A DNA stretch of 63,075 bases, counting the filler, from Choristocarpus tenellus KU-1152 (lineage: Eukaryota > Protista > Phaeophyceae): the NCBI GenBank assembly GCA_964200185.2. It is 11 parts of 11 records of this genome, joined end to end, with 100 filler letters (N's around TTAATTAATTAA, not from the genome) between each part and the next. Parts side by side here need not be neighbours in the genome. Positions count along the whole stretch, not along the records: positions 25,427 to 29,339 come from CAXNAD020017191.1; positions 29,440 to 32,960 come from CAXNAD020019478.1; positions 33,061 to 41,517 come from CAXNAD020004686.1; 8 more parts are not named here. One strand, written 5' to 3'. The notes beneath the pieces are model-generated. The model made no database searches. It was not told the origin of the DNA and worked only from the letters and a program-made list of their open reading frames with translations. Positions 26,384 through 39,600 of this stretch are shown in pieces. Position numbers and translations under genes: made by a program. How positions within the stretch are numbered: position 1 is the stretch's first letter; every line of letters starts with the position of its first letter.

Positions 26384-26649
26384 ATGCTCATTGATAACTC
26401 TTGAGTATTTTGAAATGCTCAACTAGATTCCAAGACTTTCTAACCCGTAGAAACTTTTCGAGCATTTCGATATTAGTGAGAGTTACCCATATGTGATGGT
26501 GGGGACTGAGGCAGTTCATATACCCAAGCTAAAGTATTGCGACTCAAGATGTCTGCTCCACAGGCATGTCATGTGTCTTTAGAGAGGAACCGAGTAAAGT
26601 TTGGTGGTGTTCATGTACTGCAAATTGTATCGCAAGACATTCAACAAGT

Positions 26650-26910
26650 GAGTCAAAGTTCCTTAGAGGGTAGAGCCGCATCCATTTGGGGGCCAAAACC
26701 AAATGTTGCGATTTTGACGTAATTTTGGCGATCGTGTTTGTTAGGAAGTGTCAATGTCTTTGCTCCGGACACAACTTTTCAGAACATACGCATTTTACCT
26801 ACTCCGAAATATTTCAGAGTAGGTAAAATGTCATTTAATAAAAACGTGAGAAACCAAGCTTCAAAATGACAAACAGGGCAAAACTCACACCCTTTAATAT
26901 ACTTTCGCTC
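26650..26910. mobile_element. MITE family A, full copy (opposite orientation)
   Basis: GAGTCAAAGTTCCTTAGAGGG ... CCCTTTAATATACTTTCGCTC; flanks agt/aga. Confidence 0.9.
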
Positions 26911-27167
26911 AGACAAGGGAGCTTGCCCGGTCTGATCATGCTTGGCATGATGGTATTGCAAAAGTCTGCAGCTGGAAGTAATTTGGTCCCTCTCGATTTG
27001 TACCTCTTCCTTGCTTTGTGCATGTGACATTGTGGTGTGTCATACCTAGAGGGGGGCATCTGCATCCCCGCCCACATCTATATTTGTGCAGACAATATTC
27101 AGAGCTCGGCTCAAATGTTCACTGAATGTAAAGGTGTGAACATTGCCCACTCCTATCAATTTGTCAG

Positions 27168-28806
27168 GCGAACCACCTGGGATGGAGCATTATGGCGCCT
27201 TCCAATACACAAATGTGCGGAATACGGGACAGTTGCCTGCCTCCGTATCCTGCTTGGGGCCGGTGCTGACCCCCTCGTTGCAGATGTAAGTATTTCCTAA
27301 CAACCAGTTCCCTCACTCTCACATTGACTCTTTGTGGCACTTCTTATTCTGTGCGGAATGGATGCCGTTTTGCTTGCCTCAAAGAGAACAAAAGCGAGTG
27401 TTTTGAAGTACGTTGGTACACATTTTGTGAGTGATTGTTGGTCATCGTCGCCCAGAATAATTAGTGGAAATCCACGGTTGAATCCTCTGTATCATATTGG
27501 AATAATTTTCGTAGAGTACTATAGATTGTCTGGTGTATGCAGGGATCAAAGTATCTGGGAGGGGGGAGGTCTACACCAGGGTGTCCATTTGGGCCCTGAC
27601 CAGGAAAGAGCAGTTACATTATCCCTCCAACGCATGCAATTCAAATCGCCCAAAAATTGCGAAATGGAAAATGGGCCCCAAATGGACAGCCACCACCCCA
27701 CCCCCAGATACTTTGAGCCCAGTTTTGTCTCAAATAGCTGGAGTGATAACATCCCAAAGTGGGTGCATTGTGCTGTATTTTGCCGCCCTTGCCTCTCTGC
27801 ACCCCAGAATCACCAATAAGAAGAGGGAAACTACTGCAAGGAAGATGAAAAAATAGATAATGATAATGTGCATGCTTCTACTCTCAGATTATTATTTTTA
27901 TACAGTAGACTAGTGCACCAAAGTAGTCAGAAGAATCAATGTCTTCTCTGATGCGGCAGACATACTGACACCATGGTGTCCCTCTCTGCGATCACTACAA
28001 GTACAATGCATATTGGAAGGACGTGGCAAGTTCAATATCATCAAAGGATACTTGTATCGACTGTTTGCTGTTGTGAGAAACAAGTCATCTTGTCTTGAAG
28101 GGGGGTGATGTCACGTATTCGAGGCCCATCTGACTGCCTTCTTTAAAGTAATAGTACAGGTGCTTCTAGCACTCTGAAGGTCGAATTTGCAGAGTGAAAG
28201 TATCTTAGAGGGTACGAATTTTGTCCTGTTTGTCCATTTGGGGCTTGGCTTCCCATGGGGTTTTTNNNNNNNNNNTCAAAATCGCAACATTATATTTTGA
28301 CCCCCAAATGGACGCAGCTCTACCCTCTAAGATACTTTGGCTCTGCACTTATGTTGATGGAAGTTTGCCTTCCATCTCGCATACAACCACCGCAGCATGT
28401 TATGGAGGGCTGGCTGCATTTCAGGCATCCGAATGAGGCGCCAAGCAGAAGGTTTTTCGATCCTTGAATGATTAAAATGGCCTAAATTTAGTAGACCTCC
28501 TCTACCATGGGATGACTCTGTGGTAGGATGCTAGCCAGGAGTGAACTGAATGGTCTCACAAAAAAAACAAAACACACACACACATAAACACAAACACACA
28601 CACACACACACACACAACAATACAAAACCCCATTGTTTTGATGCTGGTTATTACTCTTACCTTCATTCCTAATCTCCTTAACAATTCTCGATCCGCCCAC
28701 CTAGAAAATGGGACTCACTCCCATGCACATCGCAGCCTTGAAGGGTCATGTGGAGACCATGCGGATCCTTGCTGAAAATGGTGTCGACATAAATGTTGTG
28801 AACAAG
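27168..28806 (+). CDS. Ankyrin-repeat protein, internal exons
   Basis: Exons 27168-27285 (LPIHKCAEYGTVACLRILLGAGADPLVAD) and 28705-28806 (KMGLTPMHIAALKGHVETMRILAENGVDINVVNK) join in phase 0 into consecutive ankyrin repeats; possible upstream exon at 25787-25848. Confidence 0.85.
27543..27719. mobile_element. MITE family B, full copy, intronic
   Basis: GGATCAAAGTATCTGGG ... CCCAGATACTTTGAGCC; cag/cag TSD. Confidence 0.92.
28192..28343. mobile_element. MITE family A copy with internal assembly gap, intronic
   Basis: Both TIRs intact; tgca/tgca 4-bp TSD; 10 N at 28266-28275. Confidence 0.88.
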
Positions 28807-29184
28807 GTGATGAAGTTGTCGCGAAAGGTATTCCATGCTGTTGCCTGTGTACATGCCATCCTTTGAAGTATATTGTCCAATAGATATGGACTTCCTTACG
28901 GGAATGCATTTTTCTTACCGTATCCATGTTGCTCAGTCAAATGCCTTCCCCACGTTGTGTTTTTGATCATTGCGATTTTTTTCTCCACTGCAACAAAGGA
29001 ACCCACATCACAGGTACTCCTGCTCCATAAATAATTTGAAACAGTAGTTACAAATAGGGTTATGGTTGAATCAACCATATATGACAGTACCACTACTAGA
29101 AAAAATGTTAATCGTGTTTTGGATTAATGGTACCATTGACCTCAGTAATGGCAACATCATGTCGCTTTACTCACGTATGACAAT

Positions 29185-29339
29185 GAGTGAAAGTATCTCA
29201 GAGGGTACGAGTTTTGTCCTGTTTGTCCATTTGGGGCTTGGCTTCCCTCGGCGTTTTTTATGACATTTTCCTACTCCAAAATGTTTTGGAGCAGGTAAAA
29301 TATATATGTTACGAAAAGGTGCGTCCGGAACAAGGATAC
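29185..29339. mobile_element. MITE family A, partial copy at contig end
   Basis: GAGTGAAAGTATCTCAGAGGGTACG followed by family A interior. Confidence 0.88.
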
Positions 29340-29454
29340 NNNNNNNNNNNNNNNNNNNNNNNNNNNNNNNNNNNNNNNNNNNNTTAATTAATTAANNNNN
29401 NNNNNNNNNNNNNNNNNNNNNNNNNNNNNNNNNNNNNNNCTACTCCTGTGCGTC

Positions 29455-29570
29455 TGGGGGGGAGCTAAGGAAGCATCCCAAGAATCCAACAGACCCCTCT
29501 ATGTATATAGTTTTCATTGGTTTCCACCTGACACATCTGCAAAATGTCAGAGGGCATAATAATAAAAATA
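29455..29570. repeat. Fragment related to the foldback-like element at 50203-51122
   Basis: ggagctaaggaagcatcccaagaatccaaca matches the arm; cacatctgcaaaatgtcagagggcataataataa is the reverse complement of its internal subrepeat. Confidence 0.75.
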
Positions 29571-30399
29571 CCAAACGTTGTGTTAACCGTTGAAGTTACA
29601 AGAAGAGGAAGAACGTTATCTCGTTCCCATCTATTCTTTTTGTTTGTGGCATACTTTTTTGGGGGGTTTCTCTGTGTAGAACACAAAGAGGTGAAGCAGT
29701 ATTCACAATATCTCCGTATTCTTCAACAGGAAAATTTCGGGAAAGAGAAAGAAGTCACTGAGGTCAATTCGAAATTGAAGGAAGGTGGGAGGGGGGGAAA
29801 TATGGAACTCACAAAGCACCTTCCACTCGGTTTAGCTGCCGCATTCGCCGCCTTCATCGTGGCTAAGGCTACTACTGCTAATCGCAATCACCTACAGGTA
29901 AAGCTTTGGGTCTGGATCGCGATGTATGAACCTGTTTCTCCCAGATCGAGCAACAGGCGATTGCGGTCCCTAGGACAACTCGGAGTCGACGAGTAAAATC
30001 TGAGTCACGCTGTTTCGGGCCATCAACAATTGTGCGTAGATCTAAGTAAGAGTGACACACATGGCCGTGAAGTATTTTCGTTCACATTTCGTTGCCTAGT
30101 ATCCTCTCTCTCTCTTTCTCTCTCTGCTCCTTCGGCATGAAGAGAGGGGTGTGCACCCACCCACGGTGAGTGTTTATGTTACTGCTTGCTTCGAGTATCT
30201 AGTCAAGAAAGGAGGTTCTCGTTTTGATTTTGCTCAGTTTCTCCGTCCAATCACGTGTTCTCCCTGTTGAAGCCTGATATCTTTAGTAATGGACACTATA
30301 ACAACGATTCAGTTCTTTTGCCACCTCTGTCATGATGACAATTGTGCTGCGGCCAATGGATCAGCCTTTTGCATCCAATGTTTGTTTATCCCTCATCTC

Positions 30400-30656
30400 G
30401 AGTCAAAGTATCTTAGGGGGTAGAACCGCTTCCGTTTGGGGGCTAAAATCCGCTGTTGCGATTTGATGTAATTTCGGCTATCGTGTTTGTTAGGAAGTGT
30501 CAATATCCTTGTTCCAAACAAACCTTTCATAACGTATACATTTTACCTACTACAAAACATTTCAGGGCAGGTAAAATGCCATAGAAAACCCGTGGGAAGC
30601 CAAGCCCCAAACGGACAAACAAGGCAAAACTTTTACCCTCTATGATACTTTCACTC
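30400..30656. mobile_element. MITE family A, full copy
   Basis: GAGTCAAAGTATCTTAGGGGG ... CCCTCTATGATACTTTCACTC; only 2 bp (tc) of flanking duplication. Confidence 0.9.
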
Positions 30657-31402
30657 TCGAGATCCTGTCCTCAGGGCAACGCGTTATTGTTTCTACGACT
30701 CACAGAGTGCCATACGTACTCCTAGAACATAGTGATAGGACCAATGCTTCAGTAAAACATCTCGTACACTCCTTACATCGCCTTTGCATAGGTTGATGTG
30801 AATTTGTTCTCCTTTTCCTTAGTTAGAGTTCACGCTCTGCAGAGGTGGTAAGATATGGTCATGACCTTGCTTCAAGCAGTAGACTTGCTCATACTGGGGT
30901 GCCATTTATCATTCTTCTACTTAGTAAGTGAGGGTCATGGAGCTCGCCTAGCCGACTGTCTCCATGCACACCTAGATACAGGATTAAAACCTTCTTAATA
31001 GTACCACAAGTTTGGAATGGGAACTGATCCACCATTTAAGCAAGAGTATGGTTTGTTATTCGGAGGCTGTCATGGTTGCATCATTGTTAACCTCACAACC
31101 CTCGTCATGGGAAAGCTTGATAACTCACCAAAACCCTTGCTCCAGATGGGATCTAATCCCATAAAGAAGCTTGGGTTTGATCAAAAACATGACACCATGT
31201 TTACTAGAGTGTGGAGATCACTACAAACCATCTGCACCCACTTTGGTCACTTTACTTGGTAAGGAGATCTCAGCAACTGTCCATTTTTCAGGGTAGCACT
31301 CCACTGAGGAGTTGATTCGCCAACTATCGCTTACCCTGTCAGTTAAAGCATATCCTACCCCCTTTGTAACTCCCCATCCCCCTCCGATATGTATTGTGCA
31401 AG

Positions 31403-31774
31403 ACATTCAATGCAGCAACAAAGGAGGCTGCAGCCAAGAGGGAAGAGGCTTCAGCTGCTGCTGCAAGGCATAATGCTAAATTTCTGGCAGAGATGGCTGG
31501 GCTTATGGAACGACTAAAAAGGAGCGGTGCAGAGATGAAGGTGCCCTTACTTCAAATCTTAGGGACCCTTCACGATAGGTTGATTTGTGCTCTTGACACA
31601 AACCTGCTCCCCCTGTATTAAAATCCCCAACAGGTTCTATGTCAAGCACTTGAGGCTTCACCAGGGGACACTGCGGACCACTTGGCTTCCGCAGTAGCAG
31701 GGTGCAAGGGTGAGCTTCAGAACATGGTTTCAGCTCTCCTTCTGCAGATTCACCTTGTGAAGGGCGAGATCAAG
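31403..31774 (+). CDS. Unidentified helical/coiled-coil protein, two internal exons
   Basis: Phase-0 exons 31403-31540 and 31634-31774 with AG/GT ends give TFNAATKEAAAKREEASAAAARHNAKFLAEM...ELQNMVSALLLQIHLVKGEIK; possible first exon near 30138-30165. Confidence 0.55.
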
Positions 31775-32515
31775 GTGTGTTGTGACGTTTTGGACTTCGT
31801 TCCTTTTGAAAAAAGAAACATTCCAAGTTCAGAATGTGAGCCAGGCTCCCAAGGGATCCTGATGAACACTTCATTGAGAGTTGCTTGGAAAGGTGTAGAG
31901 GTTGAAGAGCAAGTGGCCAAAGAAAGAGGACTTACTGCCGCAGTTATCGAACCTTGAGTCAACTACACCACAAATGTATGCAAAGGTCCATCCAAACTGA
32001 AACCTTTGTGTGTCTCCCTCACCACTATTGCCACACGTCATCTTCTAGTACATAACACAAACTCCGTAGTAGTATACTAAGCAGTGCAGTGTTTTCCCGG
32101 ATTTTTCCAGGTTTCTGGTCAGCACTAGTACTCTAAGGGAGCTGTTCCGTGAGTTGTAACTAGGCAGTAGTAATACAGAAATGTAGTGTCAGTTGCAAGG
32201 CAGTGGGGAAACATATGCTGGGGTATTACAATGCATCTACTACTCCTCAAGCAAAGTGCACAATGATCCACTACACGCATCACCACCTAGCCCCAGTCTT
32301 TGCTCTAATTTACTGGTTGCCTTTGACACAATTCCAATTGGAGACAGAGGTTAAAACAAAACTGGACCGGCCGATGCGTATCTGGCAGAGTCAGCCTTAA
32401 GGAAGCTCACCCATTATGTATATGATCACTAAGAAGGTGGCACAAAAGAAAGAAATTAGACCCCTTGAGTCTTTTCAACCCTACTTGGTGGTGTGCCCAA
32501 GGTAAAGGCTCACAT

Positions 32516-32629
32516 AATATTGAAATCTCCTAAAAAACACTATATAGCTAAAATTTCATAAAAAATGGCAACATAGGATTTTGGCCCCCAAATGGACACG
32601 TGGCTCTACCTTTTAAGATACTTTGACTC
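32516..32629. mobile_element. MITE family A, half copy
   Basis: ...gcccccaaatggacacg...TAAGATACTTTGACTC. Confidence 0.8.
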
Positions 32630-32940
32630 TAAACTCCAAGAATCAGAAAAATAGGAGGTCAAGAAATAAAGAGGTGAAGACTATACAATGTTTAGATATT
32701 ACTTTCAAGTCAAGCAAGCCCAAGGACACTCTGTTCCCCTTTTTGTTTCAAATTTGACCCAATGACTTGTGTAAATTTGATTTTGTTGCGTTATCCGGCA
32801 ATACTCAATAATCAATGCAATATCGTGCTGCTTCTGCAATATTGATTTCGTTGAACCCCTTCTTACATCCTGTGTCTGGTGCACACAATGGAGGCAAAGT
32901 ATGCAAGAGGAACTTACCCTATTCGATCGATAGGTAGTTT

Positions 32941-32960
32941 CGATCAGAGTATCTGGGGGG
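32941..32960. mobile_element. MITE family B terminus at contig end
   Basis: CGATCAGAGTATCTGGGGGG followed by the break. Confidence 0.55.
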
Positions 32961-33607
32961 NNNNNNNNNNNNNNNNNNNNNNNNNNNNNNNNNNNNNNNN
33001 NNNNTTAATTAATTAANNNNNNNNNNNNNNNNNNNNNNNNNNNNNNNNNNNNNNNNNNNNGGATTTGGGGCAACTTTTGGGGGTGTTGGGGGTGTTGGGG
33101 GTGGTGTGATGTTGGAATATAGGGCAGTGAGTATATGAAGTCGGCTGTATGGTGGTGTGTTTTGAGGTGTTGAGGTGTACGGCTGAATGATGTATGTCTC
33201 GGTTAGGTTGGTAGAATGATGGCTGTTGACTGACTGGTGGAATAGACAGGCCTGTGTTTGAATGTGTGTTTAAATGTGTGTGTGTGTGTGGCTTTCAAGG
33301 AGAGGGAAGAATAGCCTTGAAGTGTTGCTGTATGACTTGAAAGGGTATGCTCACCTAATCTATATTCTGTGATACTGATTCTGTGATACTGTTTTTGGCT
33401 GTGATACTCGATAGCCATGAAGGGTGCTATATGTATGAAGGGTGCTATATGTAGTTTCTAAATCAACTGTCTGTGTTTGTTGTTAAATTTGTTGTTACAT
33501 TTGTTTTTAAATAAGGATCATTTTTTGTTTTTGTCGTGACACCTTTTGACTGACTCCTCAAGATATTTACATAAGATATTACTTGACTGACTGTAAATAT
33601 CTTGCAG

Positions 33608-36600
33608 GATGAGGACTTTGTGGAGCAGCTATCCAGTCAAATGGATGCCCTCAGGGGTCGGGAGCTGCCTGGTTTCATGTCAGCGCAATCATTCTACATG
33701 TTTATGGCACAATATGTGGAGGCTTGGAGGGACCCTGCTAGGGTTGCAGCCACTGAGGTGTGAGGATTGGGGTGGGTGGAGGAATGGGGATAGTGGATAG
33801 GAAGCACTGTGTTCTTGCCCAGTTTTGAATGACATCAATGTGGAAGAACTCAAGGGAAAATATGCCGTGATGGTTGATGGTCTGCTTCCCTCTTTGTTGG
33901 TGCACCTATCAAATTCTGAGAATCTGCTGGTAGAGGTAATGTCCTCTGATGTCTTTGCATGTTCATCTTTCAATGACATGTGATGCCAATACCAAGGTGA
34001 TGCAATGGTCATGTCTGAGGAGAAAGCACTGAAGAAATTACCCTCTTCTCTGCTCCTCCTCCTCAATCCTTTTTGTGCATATATTGCATTACTGCAATTC
34101 TACTTTCCCTCAGCTGTTTAATCACCTACTATCAGGGATCTCAGGGTGTTCTTGTCTAGACCCTTATCATTGGTATGAATGTGAATTACTTCAATCAACC
34201 TTGCAACTTCTTGTTAACAATATCATTGTTTTGAACTTCTTGTTAACAATATCATTGTTTTGAATCGCCAGGTCTCTTCTGTTCGGGCCTATCCCCAACA
34301 GCAACATACTTGTTGGGATTGGTGGATGTTTTAACTCTTGCTAAGAACAGTTCCTGCCTGTTCCATCAACACTGGGTCTGCCCCTCCTGACCCTAACCCT
34401 AGGTCCTGTCCTGCCCCTTCCCCTCCACCTTGCACCGATGTGACTGTAAGGTGCGTAGCCTAAGCCTTGAGGTGGCTACAAGACTGTTGGATGTGTTGGT
34501 GCTGCAGTACCCGGCCCTCAAGGAGGCGGTGAGGGCTGTGGCAGGTTCTGTAATGGAGGAGGCTTATGAGGGGGCTTTGGAGGAGGTTGATGACCTGCTT
34601 TCCAAGGAGAAAGACCCTTTCACAGTGAGTGATTTGTTCTATATATAGATAGGACTGGAGTAGAACAGATGGGTTTCCGGTATACTCTGTGTACCCAATT
34701 TGTGGACTACTGTTTATTGTTGAAGTTGGGGTTAGATTGAGGTTGGAGTTATGGGTAGAGGTGTTTGGAGGGGTGTGGTTTGGTGTTGGGTCTAAACTGA
34801 CTTGAGCATGTAAGGTAGGTACTAATTGGACTAGTGGTTTGTCTGGAGAGGAGTTTTTGGTTGCTGGGGATTGTGTATGTGTGGGTATTTCATAGGTGTG
34901 GGGGAGATGAATGTAGTTTAGTTTGTTGTGTTAGTGTTGTTGAATTGGGGTAAAAGAGGAGGGGGAAGGGTGTATGGAATGGAGGATGGATGTTGTTTTA
35001 AGTATCACGTGAGATGTCTCAATTCAGTTTGACTTTGCTGCTGCACATCTCAGTTTATTGTACACAAACGCACTTAGCTACATTACTACCAAAGGAGGAT
35101 TCAGACCTTTCCCACTACCTTCTATCCACTGCTGTTGGTTGATGATTCTCACATACCTGGAGCTAGATTATTTAATGAAGTTCTTCAACTAGTCTATATT
35201 TAACCCTAACCCTTCAACTAGTCTGTGACCGTCTTGACCTATGTGTAATTTTGCATACTGATGAGAAATCTGCAGTTGTACATAAAATGATACATGGCAC
35301 ATCTCATGGGTTAGGGTTAGGGTTAGGCTTTGGCAACCTTACCGTGCCCCCTGACTTAGTTGTTTGTCCCTCTGCCTGGTGACACCTTTTTGAGGTTGAA
35401 TTTGGGATATTTTAGGTAGACGTGAGATTTGTATCTTAGCCTTATTTTTGTCTCAGTCATGCTTGTTGGGTTGCAGCTGAAATGGAGAAGTTTCCCCCTA
35501 AATCTCAGGAGGAAAAGTGGTCTACTGTACAGGTTGACTTTTATTTTTTTCTGGCACGGAATGAGAAGTTACAAAAAATAAGAAGTTCCAAGATTTTTAA
35601 TTTTTTGTGTGAACTAGTCGATGTAGAACCCCCCCTCCCCCTTGTTGAACTCATACCCTGATCTCGTCTGCAACACATTTGAAACTACTTATATATATAT
35701 ATTATAGTTACTTTGAGAATGGCACTTTGCAATGTGTTTGTTTTTTATTTGTGTTAGTGGTGATGGAGTTATCCATCCTTGACTCTTTCCCCTTTTGGCA
35801 GATCAATGATTTCCTGGAACAACACATCAACAAGCTTCGCTACGATAGGTTTGAACAGGTGACAGGAAGGCGATGCTGTTGAGTGGGGTATGTATGTTGT
35901 ATGGTGTGTTCTGATGACCACTGTGTGTGTATTTCAAATGGAGAGACTCTTCCAGAGGTAGTCACTTCATGTTCATCTTTTGCACCTTCAAGTTTGCTGG
36001 ATTCATTAGAGTGGTTAGGTGAGGGTTTGTGTGGGGTGAATGTTCCATGCATCCATTGAGCATACAGAAATAGGGTATACCCTGTCCACCATGTTTCGTA
36101 CGTAAGTTTGAAATTTTGAACTAGTGGCAGAGTAGTTCCGCATTGGTATGTAAGGGCTCTTGTGTCTTTGTGATGGGTTCTGAGTATGTGCCTTGGCTTG
36201 GGGACCACCCTTCTTACCAAATGGACAAATGGACAAGTGATACTCACTTCGATACTCACTTTGATACTCACTTCATGTCGGTAGGAAGTTCTACACAAGC
36301 ATCTTGCCTGTCCTTGCCAGTATGTCCAGGGGTGTGTGAGTAGTTTGATACAGAAGTAGTTTTATAACAGGTGATGAAATGGGTTGGTTGCTTAACTTGT
36401 ACCCCATGAACCTGCTGCTGTGGGACCTTCCAAATTCCATTCACAACGTTGCTTTAGCTCTTGCATGTATTCTTTGTTAATAGTTTTGTTGTGCACTATC
36501 CCAGCACTGTTTGCCTTCCCAGCCCTCCATGCTTTCTACTATAATGCTCCATTTTGATTTTTTTATTCTTTGTTTTGATCTTTTACCCATTCCCCATGGT

Positions 36601-39600
36601 GCTGTGGTGTGCCCCATTTCAATATTGTTTGTATTATTAACCCAGGCGGTGCAGCAGTCCTTTGAGAATATCAAAACTGAACCAGAGAGTTGGATAGGTG
36701 CCAAGGAGGAGGCAGGAAGCTTTTTACGTCAGTGGTATCGAACCACTCATGGGGTTAACAGTTTCAGTAATGCAGAGGTGGGGGACCTTACTCTCTTTTC
36801 TTCTATGGCATTGATATTTTTGCTGTATGTGTGTGATGTTGCTTTGTGTATTTTTGCTGTATGTAATGCTGTATCTTTCCCCTCGAGGACTTTGTCCCTT
36901 TTTGTGTATTTTTTTTGTGAGAAGGAATCAATGCTTCCAACCTTTTTGATACACAAAAATAAGATTACAAATACACTCTTTGTGTATACTCTTGTGTATT
37001 TCATACACTGTTTCCATTCAAGTAGGCATGTAGGTGTTTAATAGTATCAAATAGCACAGGCTTCCCCCCCCCACCCCCATGAAAAGAAACCCAACTATGC
37101 TTGACCTTGTGGGAATAGGTGTTGATGATATATTGTCTCTGTGAATTGCTTGACTGCCTTTTTTTCCCTCCTTTTAAAATTTAGGTATGTAGCTCACATT
37201 TTGCAGGTCAGGAGACAGAAAATTAAAAATAGACGAATGAAAACCTGTACAGGTATCCCAAATTTCGCTTTGAGTAGGTTTCATCTGAATCTGGCTGCAT
37301 TTGAGCTCTTGTTTTGTCTCTATTCTTCAATGTGGATAGCCTCAACAGTGGGATGAAAGAATAAGAATAACCTGTCTCAATAAGGGCTGGAAGATACATA
37401 CGTTGTCACTAACAAGCCTCATCATAGGAGAGTAGGCATCCTAAGAGTGGGGGATAGAAGTGAGGGTCTTTCGCTTGGCTTGGTGGGTATGGTGTAATAA
37501 GAGTGGAATTTTTTGAGGAGGTATTTTGTTTGGTCTGCTCTGTGTGTGTGTAAATATGGTTGTTCTTTTTGTTGAGAGCAAACTGTAAATGTGGTTATAC
37601 AATGTTCTCAGGACATGTCGGCAATTCTGGAAGCATACTGGTTGTTGGCGGCGAAGAGATTTGTGGACAATGTGTGCATGACTCTCGATAAGAAGATTAT
37701 GGGAACTTTGGCAAGCCGTATGCAGGGTGAGTCAGAAGGGCAGACAATGATAGCAATGGCATCAGTACTAAATGTTATTTCAATAGTGTTGGTACTAGAT
37801 AGAAATAAATAATAGTATTAGTACTAAATAGAAATACAATGATGGTTGAGTAAATAGTTGACAATGATAGCCAATGAAGACTATGAATGTTGAGAATGAT
37901 AACCTACAATGTTGGTCGGTGAGTGTAATGGTAAGTAATTGTGAACAATGACAGAGGAAGTCAGTGGGGAGAATGGAGAGAGTAAGGAGGAGTGCAGTCG
38001 AGCACCTCAAAAGGGATGGGTGCATGGATGGATTGACGAGGGGGGGAGGGAAGTGTTTGCTTCATTTAAAGTGTTTTCATCTAAAGTGTTTTCTTTTTCT
38101 TCATCTCTGAAATGATTGCCCTCGATAATCTGTAATGATTCTCCTTTCAAGTAGCTTCCAACCCTCTTTTTGTTTTTATACCCAACAAGACTGTCACACA
38201 ACCCACTTTTTAGTTGCTGCCTTGATGATTCAACCAGCTGAGCACTGTAATGTTTATTGGGCTGCGTTCCACTTTGCTTCAATTGTGCACTATTTTTAGG
38301 GTTGTATGTGCTGAGGAGTGGAATGCCTCTAGTGAAGTAGTATCATTTTGACTTGTTTGATTTGTAGATGAACTCTCTAGTGAAGTAGTATCATTTTGAC
38401 TTGTTTGATTTGTAAATGATCTCTCTAGTGAAGTAGGGAGGTAAGTAGGCGTGTTAGTATGCACTTCGGTGTTTTTGTTTAGTTGAAGTATCATCTTTAT
38501 TCTAATTATCTTTTTAATACCATGTGGACTGTTCAGTAATTACCTCTACAGCAGATTTTTACTTGGAGTGATACAAGGTGTCCCTTTCCTTGTTCTTGAC
38601 ATTGCAGTATGCATTCTCCTGAATTTTATTATTATTATTATTATTATTATAATTTTCCACTGTTCCCTTGTTGTTCTCAGAGGAGTGCTATCGATTTGTG
38701 CATGACGATGAGAAATTGGCCAGGTTCTTTCAAGAGGACGCAAAACTGGTTGTGCGTAAGAAAGAGCTTGTTGAGAAGAGAGATCGCCTCAGCAAGGCCA
38801 ATGCTGCCATGGCCAACATACAGGTATCAACACATATTGGCCTCTTTGAATGGGATGTGCATGGACACTGGCTTTGTAGAACACCTTACCGTAAGGGTCA
38901 TGGATCAAAGTTCACATGACATCAAGATTCCAGTTTCTCTTGTGCAGAGTAGGACATGGACTTCACTGGCTTAACTCTTTATTGACGGAATATTATATTA
39001 CATGTTGACAGAATAAGGTATGAGTTGTCTTCTGTGACTGCACGAACTATGTAGTTTCTTTGTGTTACTATTGATGGTACTGATGATAGTACTCTTTCAT
39101 ACCCATGGACCGGAAATTAGTGCTCCGAAAGCAGGGCTGTAACCTATTGATGCATCTCTAAACTACAGTTACCTTAAATGTGCTGTGTGCTGAGGGCAAC
39201 CCTGACTTTATTGCAGTATATCAGAGGCGAACTGTGCTGTGAGGTTTAGATAGACTGTTTGTCTCCTCATGTGATGACTGCTACTTATCCATTTATACCT
39301 TGCTCACTGAAGGATTGAAACACTCCTTATCATTACAACATGAAATACTACAACGTAGTTGTAGAGCTATTGGTAGCTGTATAGTACTGAAACTTCTTAG
39401 CACTGGATACCTACTACCACTAGTGCTAGTGGTATTTACACTTTGTACTCTTAGGACGGAACTTCATGGAAATACTGTGGATTGCAGAGAGTTTACTACT
39501 CATTGCTTGAAGCCATGTTTTGGAAAAATTTAGGTGCTGAAGATAATGTACTCTTCTTTGAACATCCCTTGCACTTGTTGGGAGTGGGTTTTGCCCCCCC

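Noticed and set aside
27334-27856. Long ORFs 27334-27819 and 27533-27856, and similar ORFs over other MITE copies
   Set aside because: They run across non-coding MITE sequence in introns and show no protein-like motifs.
29465-29860. Possible minus-strand gene start MKAANAAAKPSGR|IRRYCEYCF divergent from the coiled-coil gene
   Set aside because: Plausible splice sites but no homology, and it runs into repeat-derived sequence; too weak to call.
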